The notes under the pieces: model-generated
Database searches by the model: none
Told to the model about the DNA's origin: nothing
Seen by the model: only the letters and a program-made list of their open reading frames with translations
In this document: positions 20,403 through 28,852 of the stretch, piece after piece
Layout: each line of letters opens with the position of its first letter
Position numbering within the stretch: the first letter of the stretch is position 1
Position numbers and translations under genes: made by a program
Source of the DNA: an uncultured delta proteobacterium
GTDB taxonomy: Bacteria; Myxococcota; Myxococcia; Myxococcales; Myxococcaceae
Direction: 5' to 3'
NCBI GenBank assembly: GCA_963771175.1
Contig: CAVYSY010000040.1
Span: 128,001-192,000, forward strand
DNA length: 64,000 nt

Positions 20403-20492
20403 CGGGGCCTTGCCTCCTCTTCCTGGCCTGTGCGTGACTCGGTCTTGACGTGGGGAGCCCTTCGGCTCCTGGGGCCGGAAAGGGGAAGTACC

Positions 20493-20960
20493 TTGCGCCG
20501 CATTCTCAGTGCATTGCTTCTCGGGGCGATGCTCCCAGTGGGGCTCGCCTGCGAGGACGGAAAGCTCCAGCTCCCGGAGCTCCCGAAGGTGGATTTGCCT
20601 CGCGTGCCGTTGCCGAAGCTGGACACCGGCAACCTGGTGCTCATCAAGACGCCCGAGGGAGGGATCCAGCTCGACCCGAGAGGCGACGACGCCATCACGG
20701 CACTGGGTGCCTGCACCGACCTCGTCACCTACTGCTTCCAGCCCGGAGAGCGGACGCTGGACCAGTGTGTGGAGTCGGTGCCTCAGTGCAAGACCTCCAG
20801 CCCCTGGCAGGAGGACAAGGAGTGCTGCCCGGCGGCCTGCACCAAGGCCTACGCCAAGGTGCGTGACCAGGGGCAGGAGCCCATCGCGGCCTTCGAGAAG
20901 GTCTTCTTCCTCGAACCGGACTGCTTCCCCGGCGTCCGCGCGCTGCTGGAGGGCAAGTGA
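20493..20960 (+). CDS. Cys-rich lipoprotein, hypothetical
   Basis: TTG start after AGGGGAAG; signal RRILSALLLGAMLPVGLA-C; 8 further Cys. Confidence 0.7.
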   Translation: MRRILSALLLGAMLPVGLACEDGKLQLPELPKVDLPRVPLPKLDTGNLVLIKTPEGGIQLDPRGDDAITALGACTDLVTYCFQPGERTLDQCVESVPQCKTSSPWQEDKECCPAACTKAYAKVRDQGQEPIAAFEKVFFLEPDCFPGVRALLEGK

Positions 20961-22789
20961 TGCGAAAGCTCCTCCTGTCCGCCGTGCTGCTGCTGTCCTG
21001 GCCCGCCGCCGCCTGGGAGTCCGTCTGCTACGAGCAGATGGACACCACGAAGGAGCCGAGGGACTACCCGGCCGGCTCCGGCCCCTACTGCTCACCGGCG
21101 GCGGGTCCCAACACCGCGCGCCAGCGATGGGTGGGGACGCTCGACGAGCACCGCCGCATCTGGGAGCTGACACGAGAGAAGGCGGGCCTGCCGGCCGAGA
21201 GCTCCGCGACGGTGCGGCTGCGAGTCTTCACCTCGAGCGAGCCGCTGACGGTGGACGGCACGCAGCTCACCTCGCTGCTGCCGGTGCCCTTCGCCGAGGC
21301 CGCGCGGGTGCAGGTGCGCGCCTTCACGCCGGGCGAGCTGGCACAGCTTCCGGACTTCTCCTACGCGCTGTGGGACTGGGCCACGGGCCACGAGACGTGC
21401 CCGCTGCCGGGAATCGGTGCGGACGCGACGCAGTGCCATGACTTCGCCACCCACATGGGGCCGGTGAACTCGAACCACTTCCTGCCGCAGGCGGGGCGCT
21501 TCTACGCGCGCTACCACGCGCTGGCGCTCGCGAGGGCGAGGGAGTGCAAGGCGATGAAGGACACGCTGGGCGCCGCGGGCGGGCGCTATGTGGACTACCT
21601 CCGCGCGTGCGAGGCCGAGGCGCTGTCTCTGGAGGCGGTGGGCCACCACTACCTGCAGGATGCCTGGAGCATGGGGCACATGTGGCAGCGCTGGGGCTCA
21701 CCGGAGCTCTCGGACTTCGCCAGCGGCGGGGCGGAGCCGAGGGACAGGGCGGTGCTCATCGCGCTCGCCTCCGGGCTGCTGCACGGGGCGCGAGGGGTGC
21801 TGCAGCGGCTGCCGGAGTGGACGAGCTACGACGTCAACGACGCGCTCTGCGCGCCGAACCCGGCGGTCGAGTTCATCAGCGCGAGCGGTGCCCGTTACCC
21901 GGCGATCGGTGACGACTACCTGGAACTGCTGCCGCCGCTGGGGCAGGGGAGCACGTACGCGCCGCAGTCCGAGCGCCTGCTGTCCTGCGCGATCTCGGGG
22001 ATGCGCGAGGTGTACGCGGCGGCGGGGGAGAACCATGGGGCGCTGGGGCCTCCGGCCGAGGGCCTGCGGACGTTGGATCCCACGAGCGCGGAGTGCTTCG
22101 GGCAGCGGGCCACCAACCGGGCGATGCAGGAGGCGGCGGCGGTGCAGTTCCGTGTGCTCGGGCAGCAGGTGACGTTCGGGCTGGACTCGCGAGTGGTGGG
22201 GTGGATGGTGCCCACGGTGGCGCGCGAGACGGGCGAGGTGCCGGTGCCGGCGCAGCTGAAGAACGAGTTCCGACTGGGAATGCAGCGCGTCGTCTCGCTC
22301 ACGCGGCTCCTGGCGAAGGAGCGCCCCGAGGGGACGGAATTGGCGGATGGGCGGTTCGGGACCTTCCTGGGGGCGAAGCCCAACGGGGAGTACGCGAACG
22401 GTGACGCGCTGGCCTCGTACGTGGATCCGGCGCTGCCGTGGCCGGCGACTCCGGACGCGGCGCCACAGGCAGGGGAGAGGGCCCTGGCGCTCGCCCGCGT
22501 CTTCCACCGGGGCCATGCGGGAGACTGGTGCCGGACGACCGCGGTGGAGGGGCTCGTCGCGCTGAGGGCGAGGGCCTCGGACGTGGCGCTCGACGCGGAG
22601 ACGCGGGCAGCGGCGTGCGAGGTCTGCTCGGAGCTCGCGGTGCGGCACCTGCGCGTGGGGACGGACGCGGCGAGCTACGACACCTCGTCGGAGCCCCTGT
22701 GCCACTACCTCTCGGGAGGCCCGTACCTCTACCAGCCGGGTCCGGGCACTCCGGATGGACTGGCCCGCGCGTGGTGCGGCTGCCCCTGA
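20957..22789 (+). CDS. Secreted Zn-dependent phospholipase C / S1-P1 nuclease-like protein
   Basis: Signal peptide ending AAA followed by Trp; EH, NHF and HYLQDAWSMGH motifs. Confidence 0.6.
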   Translation: MMRKLLLSAVLLLSWPAAAWESVCYEQMDTTKEPRDYPAGSGPYCSPAAGPNTARQRWVGTLDEHRRIWELTREKAGLPAESSATVRLRVFTSSEPLTVDGTQLTSLLPVPFAEAARVQVRAFTPGELAQLPDFSYALWDWATGHETCPLPGIGADATQCHDFATHMGPVNSNHFLPQAGRFYARYHALALARARECKAMKDTLGAAGGRYVDYLRACEAEALSLEAVGHHYLQDAWSMGHMWQRWGSPELSDFASGGAEPRDRAVLIALASGLLHGARGVLQRLPEWTSYDVNDALCAPNPAVEFISASGARYPAIGDDYLELLPPLGQGSTYAPQSERLLSCAISGMREVYAAAGENHGALGPPAEGLRTLDPTSAECFGQRATNRAMQEAAAVQFRVLGQQVTFGLDSRVVGWMVPTVARETGEVPVPAQLKNEFRLGMQRVVSLTRLLAKERPEGTELADGRFGTFLGAKPNGEYANGDALASYVDPALPWPATPDAAPQAGERALALARVFHRGHAGDWCRTTAVEGLVALRARASDVALDAETRAAACEVCSELAVRHLRVGTDAASYDTSSEPLCHYLSGGPYLYQPGPGTPDGLARAWCGCP

Positions 22790-22868
22790 CCGGTGCGGTC
22801 CAGGTCAGGTAGGTCCGGGCAAACCCAGACGTTTGCCCGGACCTGCTCGGTGCGTCGGACTCAAACCC

Positions 22869-23162
22869 TTACGGGCTCGTTCCTTCCTCGCAATCCTGGG
22901 TCAGGCATTTGCAGATCTTCACCCTGCTCGTGTCGCTCAGGACCGCGCAAGTCTTGGCGGTCTCGGGGCAATCCGCGCTCGTGGTGCAGAGCTGAACGCA
23001 CTCCTTCTCGTCCGGATGGCAGAGCTCGGATTCAAGACAGTCCAGGTCTGTCGAGCACGACAGGTCCGCGCCATTCCGGCAAGCCGGCAGCATCATGCCC
23101 ATCGCACTCAGTGCGACGCGCAGTAACGACAGCTTCCGATGCCGTGTGCGCGATCTGCTCAC
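22869..23162 (-). CDS. Small Cys-rich lipoprotein
   Basis: GTG 23162 overlaps the upstream TGA; basic N-region, lipobox LPA-C, 10 further Cys (CSTDLDC..LC..EC..CTTSADC). Confidence 0.65.
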   Translation of the reverse strand: MSRSRTRHRKLSLLRVALSAMGMMLPACRNGADLSCSTDLDCLESELCHPDEKECVQLCTTSADCPETAKTCAVLSDTSRVKICKCLTQDCEEGTSP

Positions 23163-23515
23163 TTTCCTCGACCCGGAACATGGGCGGACAACTTCGGGAA
23201 CACCTTGCGCCATTCCGGAACCTCCTCCTCCGTCGACTCGGAAGGGGCGCTGCTCGGCGCGGGCCGGGAGGCCGTGGGCGTCGTCGCGGTTTGTCCCATC
23301 TGGGTCCGAGCCTTCACAGGCTTCTCCCCGAGGCGATGCTGGGGTGCGGCCTGGGCCTGTTCCTGCATCTGTTGCAGCCCGAACAAGTGGTGGAGTGCGT
23401 CCGCGGACCGGCTCAACTCCTCCAGGGTCTCCCGCACGTCCCTCAGACGGTCAGTGCTCTGCCTCAGCCTGCGTTCCAGCTCAACCGTCAAAGCAACCCC
23501 TTCACCGTTCTTCAT
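23159..23515 (-). CDS. Hypothetical coiled-coil protein
   Basis: Strong GGGAGG SD before ATG 23515; heptad-like ELERRLRQSTDRLRDVRETLEEL. Confidence 0.55.
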   Translation of the reverse strand: MKNGEGVALTVELERRLRQSTDRLRDVRETLEELSRSADALHHLFGLQQMQEQAQAAPQHRLGEKPVKARTQMGQTATTPTASRPAPSSAPSESTEEEVPEWRKVFPKLSAHVPGRGK

Positions 23516-23845
23516 GAATGGTCTTCCTCCCAAAAATGCTGTCCACCACTCCCGCCGCGAACGGAGCCGTCTCTGGCAATGGCTTCGCATGGGCGTCCAG
23601 CGTGAGGAGCCTCAACACGCTGACAAAGCCATACGGGTGAAACATTTTCTTGTGCCGAAGGCGTGCTGATCACGGGGGGGGGGTGGTTCGTGAGCCCATC
23701 CTGCCACTACCACGAAGGGGTGGGGCCGGCGAGCGCGATGGCGGCGTCCTCGGTCCTCCTGGGCTCCGCGGGAGGCATGTAGGCTGCCACCATGGCGGTC
23801 GGTGCGCTGCCTGCCCCTGCGGTCTGGGTGTCCTACACTGGCCGT

Positions 23846-24325
23846 ATGATCGACGAACTGGTGAGGACGCTGGGGCTCGCCCCCCACCCGGAGGGCGGCT
23901 TCTATCGGGAGACGTGGCGCACCTCGGTATCGGCGGAGATGCCGCGCGGCAGGCGCTCGGTGGCGACGGGCATCTACTACCTGCTGCCTCGGGGCTCGTT
24001 CGCGGCCTGGCACCGGGTGACCTCGGACGAGCTGTGGCACTTCTACGACGGGCAGGCGCTGACGTTGTACCTGCTCGACGAGCGCCAGGGTCGCCTGGAG
24101 ACGGTGGTGCTGGGCCGTGACGTCACGCACGGCGAGCGGCCGCAGGTGCTCGTTCCCGCCGGGGTGCTACAGGCTGCGCAGCCGCGAGGCGACTACACCC
24201 TGTGTGGCTGCACGGTGGCTCCGGGCTTCGACTTCGCGGACTGGGAGATGCCCCGGGGCGAGGCGCTGGCGGCCCGCTACCCCGAGCATGCGGAGCTGTT
24301 CCGCCAGCTCTCCCACCCGGGTTGA
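23846..24325 (+). CDS. Cupin_5 (DUF985) family protein
   Basis: LGLAPHPEGGFYRET, IYYLL, WHRV.SDELWHFYDG, GCTVAPGFDFADW. Confidence 0.92.
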   Translation: MIDELVRTLGLAPHPEGGFYRETWRTSVSAEMPRGRRSVATGIYYLLPRGSFAAWHRVTSDELWHFYDGQALTLYLLDERQGRLETVVLGRDVTHGERPQVLVPAGVLQAAQPRGDYTLCGCTVAPGFDFADWEMPRGEALAARYPEHAELFRQLSHPG

Positions 24326-24490
24326 CGCTACCGGGTGGAGCGGGGCCGGCGAACCTGGCTGGCATCCCTCCGAGGTAATGTGGAGCGCACGACCTGTCTC
24401 GTAGGAACTGCTGGCTCGCCTGCCCGGCCGATATGGGGGGAGCCTCCGAGCGTTTTCCAGTTGCGTCTGCCTGGCAGGGAGGAGAGCACA

Positions 24491-25177
24491 ATGGCTCGGA
24501 ATGGATGGCTGCTCGTTGTGTCGACCGCTGTATCGACCTTGATGGCGTGCGCCCATGCGCCCGAGGGCTATCAGCCGCCGGGCTCGAAGACGGACGGCGT
24601 GCGGGTGATCGCCACGGATGCGGCCGAGAAGACGGGGCTGCCGGAGTGGGCGCTCACGATTCCACTCGGTGAGAAGGAGGATGAGTCGGTGCTGGAGTTC
24701 CTGGCGCGGGCCGAGGCCGCCGGGGCCCGGTACGTGAGCGACGTGGAGGTCGTGTTCGCGGCCGAGAAGAATGGGCAGTTCCTGGAGTGCCGGACCCACA
24801 TCAAGCCCGTCGCGGGAGTGGCGCAGCGCTGGTCGGGCGGCTCTACCCGTCGCCTGGCGAGGTCGGGCGGCGAGCGGCTGGTGACGGGGTACCAGAGCTC
24901 GTGCAGGCAGGACTCGGCGGGCCGCCTCCATTGCGTGCAGGTGCCCGTGACCCACGAGTCTCCGACCCTGTATTCGTACCGGACGGCCGTCGATATCCCG
25001 GCCACCAGCCCGGTGGCGTACCAGCGGCAGTGGAGGCTCCAGAAGTCGGCCCCCGAGTGCACGCCGCGTGAAGCCGAGGCGCGAGCGGCCGTCGTCTCGT
25101 CCCAGCGGGTCGAGGGGCACGCCTATGGCTGTGGCGAGGCCTCCTCCCGGTCGGGCTGCGAGGACAGGGCCCTGTAA
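24491..25177 (+). CDS. Hypothetical lipoprotein
   Basis: GGAGGAG SD; signal with lipobox LMA-C. Confidence 0.65.
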   Translation: MARNGWLLVVSTAVSTLMACAHAPEGYQPPGSKTDGVRVIATDAAEKTGLPEWALTIPLGEKEDESVLEFLARAEAAGARYVSDVEVVFAAEKNGQFLECRTHIKPVAGVAQRWSGGSTRRLARSGGERLVTGYQSSCRQDSAGRLHCVQVPVTHESPTLYSYRTAVDIPATSPVAYQRQWRLQKSAPECTPREAEARAAVVSSQRVEGHAYGCGEASSRSGCEDRAL

Positions 25178-25237
25178 CGGCTCCGCCTCGAAGTCCTCAC
25201 CCCGGTCTGGCGCCGGGCGGTGCTATCTTCCCGCGCC

Positions 25238-25621
25238 ATGACGCAGCAGATCCGTGCGCTGGTGGTGGACGACTCCCAGGCCATGCGGCGCAGCCTGATG
25301 TACGCGCTGCAGCGGCTTGGCTCGTGGCTCCACACTGAGGAGGCCGAGAACGGTGCCGAGGGCCTCAAGAAGCTCACCCTCGGGCGGTACGACCTGGTCC
25401 TCACCGACATCAACATGCCGCTGATGGACGGGCTCAAGCTCATCCGCCACATCCGCCAGACGGACGCGTACCGCACTGTCCCCATCGTGGTCATCACCAC
25501 CGAGTCCGCCGTCGAGGACCGCGAGCGCGCCATGGCGCTCGGCGCCAGCGCCTACCTGGTGAAGCCCGTCCAGTCCAAGGTCGTCCAGGACACGGTGAAG
25601 AGCCTCCTGCGGCTCGAGTAA
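25238..25621 (+). CDS. cheY: CheY-like single-domain response regulator
   Basis: LVVDDS, TDINMP, ITTE, YLVKPV; visibly paralogous to 8025-8399. Confidence 0.9.
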   Translation: MTQQIRALVVDDSQAMRRSLMYALQRLGSWLHTEEAENGAEGLKKLTLGRYDLVLTDINMPLMDGLKLIRHIRQTDAYRTVPIVVITTESAVEDRERAMALGASAYLVKPVQSKVVQDTVKSLLRLE

Positions 25622-25736
25622 CGGTCGAGAAGGCGCTGGCCCGCCCCCCTGGCATGAGAGCCAGTCGTCAGCGGAGTACACCGGGGAGCGTCTGTTGTTG
25701 CCTGGGGGCTGGCGTCCCACTAAGACGCACCCCGTC

Positions 25737-28238
25737 ATGGCCATGAACGAGCGCTACGAGCCGCAGGCAATTGAGTCGAAGTGGCAGACCCGTTGGGATG
25801 AGGCGGGGGTGTTTCGGGCGGGCAAGCGCCCCGATGCCCCCAAGAAGTACGTCCTCGAGATGCTGCCGTACCCCAGCGGGCAGATGCACATGGGGCACGT
25901 GCGCAACTACCTCATCGGCGACGTCTACGCGCGCTACTTCCAGATGAAGGGCTACGACGTGCTGCACCCCATGGGCTGGGACGCCCTGGGCCTGCCGGCG
26001 GAGAACGCGGCCATCAAGGACGGCGTGCACCCGGCGGTGCGCACCCGCGAGAACATCGCCTCCTTCAAGAAGGAGATGGGCACGCTGGGCTACAGCTACG
26101 ACTGGACGCGCGAGGTCAACACCAGCGATCCCGAGTACTACCGGTGGAACCAGTGGTTCTTCATCCAGATGCTGGAGCGCGGGCTGGTCTATCGCCGCTT
26201 CAGCAAGGTGAACTGGTGCACCGGCTGCATGACGGTCATCGCCAACGAGCAGGTGAAGGACGGCACGTGTGAGCGCTGCGAGTCCCCGGTGTTGGACAAG
26301 GAGCTGCCCGAGTGGGCGTTCCGCATCACCCGCTACTCGCAGGAGCTGCTGGATGGGTTGGATGAGCTGAAGGAGTGGCCCGAGCGCATCACCTCGATGC
26401 AGCGCAACTGGATCGGCCGCTCCGAGGGCGTGGAGGCGGACTTCTCCGTTCAGGGCAGTGACGCGCGCATCCGCGTCTTCACCACCCGAATCGACACCAT
26501 CTACGGCTGCACCTACGTGGTGCTGGCGCCGGACCACAAGCTGGTCTCCCAGCTCACCACGTCCGCGCAGCGCGCCGAGGTGGACGCCTTCGTGAAGAAG
26601 ATGGCGGCCACCTCGAAGGTGGACCGCACGGCCGAGGGCGTGACGAAGGAGGGCGTCTTCACCGGCGCCTATGCCATCAACCCCTTCACCGGCCAGCCGG
26701 TGCCCATCTGGATCGCCAACTTCGTGCTGTCCGACTACGGCACGGGCGCGGTGATGAGCGTGCCGGCGCACGACGAGCGCGACTTCGAGTTCGCGCGCAA
26801 GTACGGCCTGCCCGTCAAGGTGGTGGTGCAGCCGGCCTCGGGCGACAAGCTGCCGCCGGGCGACAAGCTGGAGGCGGCCTCCACCGAGGACGGCGTGCTG
26901 GCGGACTCGGGCGAGTACTCCGGGCTGGCCTCGGCCGAGGCGCGCAAGAAGATGGGCGAGAAGCTGAAGGCCGAGGGCCGGGGCGAGCCCAAGGTGACAT
27001 ACCGCCAGAAGGACTGGGGATTCAGCCGCCAGCGCTACTGGGGCACGCCCATCCCCATCGTCTACTGCGAGAAGTGCGACCCCGAGCGCAAGGGCCAGCC
27101 GGTGCCGCTGGACCAGCTGCCGGTGCGCCTGCCGGAGATCGACACCCAGGCGGTGCTGACGGGCAAGGGCGAGCCGCCCCTGGCCAAGGTGCCCTCGTGG
27201 GTGAACACCACCTGCCCGAAGTGCGAGGGCCCGGCGCGGCGCGAGACGGAGACGATGGACACCTTCGTCGACTCCTGCTGGTACTACGCGCGCTACCTGT
27301 CGCCGAAGTACGACGACGGCGCCCTTCGATCCGAAGGAAGCGCAGCGCTGGCTGCCGGTGGACGTGTACGTGGGCGGCCCCGAGCACGCCGTGATGCACC
27401 TGCTGTACTTCCGCTTCTGGACGCGGGTGATGAAGCTGCTGGGCCTGAGCCCGGTGGACGAGCCCGTCACGCGGCTGATCACCCAGGGCATCGTCAACGG
27501 CGCGGACGGCCGGAAGATGGGCAAGCGCTACGGCAACGGCGTGGCCCCGTCGTCCATCGTGCAGAAGTACGGCGCCGACACCGCGCGCGCCTACGTGCTG
27601 TTCGCCGGCCCGCCCGAGCGTGACTTCGACTGGTCCGACGAGCAGGTGGAGGGCGTCTTCCGCTTCCTGAAGCGGGTGTGGACGCTGGCCGTGCACGCAC
27701 CAGGCGGGCGGACGGGGCCACGCACGACGGGGCCTTCGAGGGCAAGGCGCTGGAGATCCGCCGCGCCGCGCACAAGGCCTGAAGCGGGTGACCGAGGCCA
27801 TCGAGCGGCTGTCCTTCAACACCGCCATCGCCGGCATCATGGAGTACGTCGAACGCGCTGTACGCGCTGGGCACGCCGGAGACGCCCGCGGAGAAGGCGG
27901 CGATGGCCGAGGCCATCCGGATGCTGGCGGTGGTGCTGACGCCGTTCGCCCCGCACCTGGCGGACGAGATCGCCGAGTCCTACGGCACCAAGACGTTCAC
28001 CGTCACGCAGGGCTGGCCGGAGTTCGATCCGGCCCTGGTGGTGGACGACGTCATTCCCTACGCGGTGCAGGTGAACGGCAAGCTGCGCGCGGAGATCCGC
28101 GTGGCGGTGGACGCCACCGAGGCGGATGTTCGGGCCGTGGCCGAGGCGGACGAGAGGGTGAAGGCCGCCATGGCGGGCAAGACGCTGCGCAAGTTCGTCT
28201 TCGTGCCCAAGCGGCTGGTGAACTTCGTCGTCGGCTGA
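25737..28238 (+). CDS. leuS: Leucine--tRNA ligase (several apparent indels at about 27320-27860)
   Basis: MLPYPSG.MHMGH, MQRNWIGRS, FTTR.DT, SRQRYWG.PIP, MDTFVDS, GG.EHAVMHLLY, VQVNGKLR; the pieces fall in successive frames. Confidence 0.95.
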
Positions 28239-28250
28239 GACGGGGGCCCG

Positions 28251-28835
28251 GTGCCGACCGAGGTCCTCGTCATGTGTACGCGGTGCGGCCGCCCCCAGCG
28301 AGCGGGGGTGGGCCGCTGTGCCGCGTGCGGGGCCGAGCTGCCCGAGGCGCCCCTGCCCCCGGCCGTCGGCGCCGCCGGGGGTCCCTTCCTCTCGGCCGAG
28401 CTCGCGGGCGGGCGTGTCCTGGTGGGGGAGGGCAATCGGCTCTCCTTCCGTCCGGGCGCCTCCGCCACGCCCTTCCTCCTCGAGCTGCCCAGCCTGCGCC
28501 GGCTCTCCCTGGTGCACCGGCCGCGCTACGAGGCCCTGGTCCTCACCCTCGTGGCACTCGTGGCGCTGCCCTTCGTGCCGGTGACGGCGCTGCGCGTGCT
28601 CCTCGGGCTGGTGGCCCTGGCGGGCGTGGCGCTCGTGTTCTCCGGCCGGCGCTATACGCTCGCCCTGGATTCCGTGGGCGGGGTGGCGACGCGCTGGGAC
28701 CTGGGGACCGTGCAACGGGGCTCCCGCATGGAGCAGCGCCTGTGGTCCGCCTGGAGCACGCTCGCGGACGTGGTTCGCTCCCGGGGCGTGGAGGTGCGTG
28801 AGCCCTCCTCGGACTCGGGCTCCTCGCGCATCTGA
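28251..28835 (+). CDS. Zinc-ribbon membrane protein, hypothetical
   Basis: CTRC..CAAC at the N-terminus and two hydrophobic helices. Confidence 0.65.
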   Translation: MPTEVLVMCTRCGRPQRAGVGRCAACGAELPEAPLPPAVGAAGGPFLSAELAGGRVLVGEGNRLSFRPGASATPFLLELPSLRRLSLVHRPRYEALVLTLVALVALPFVPVTALRVLLGLVALAGVALVFSGRRYTLALDSVGGVATRWDLGTVQRGSRMEQRLWSAWSTLADVVRSRGVEVREPSSDSGSSRI

Positions 28836-28852
28836 GCATCACGACGCAAGGC

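Noticed and set aside
23574..23589. Sigma54-like TGGCAATGGCTTCGCA
   Set aside because: The spacing is correct, but it lies about 250 nt from the cupin gene, which already has a proximal -10; too weak.
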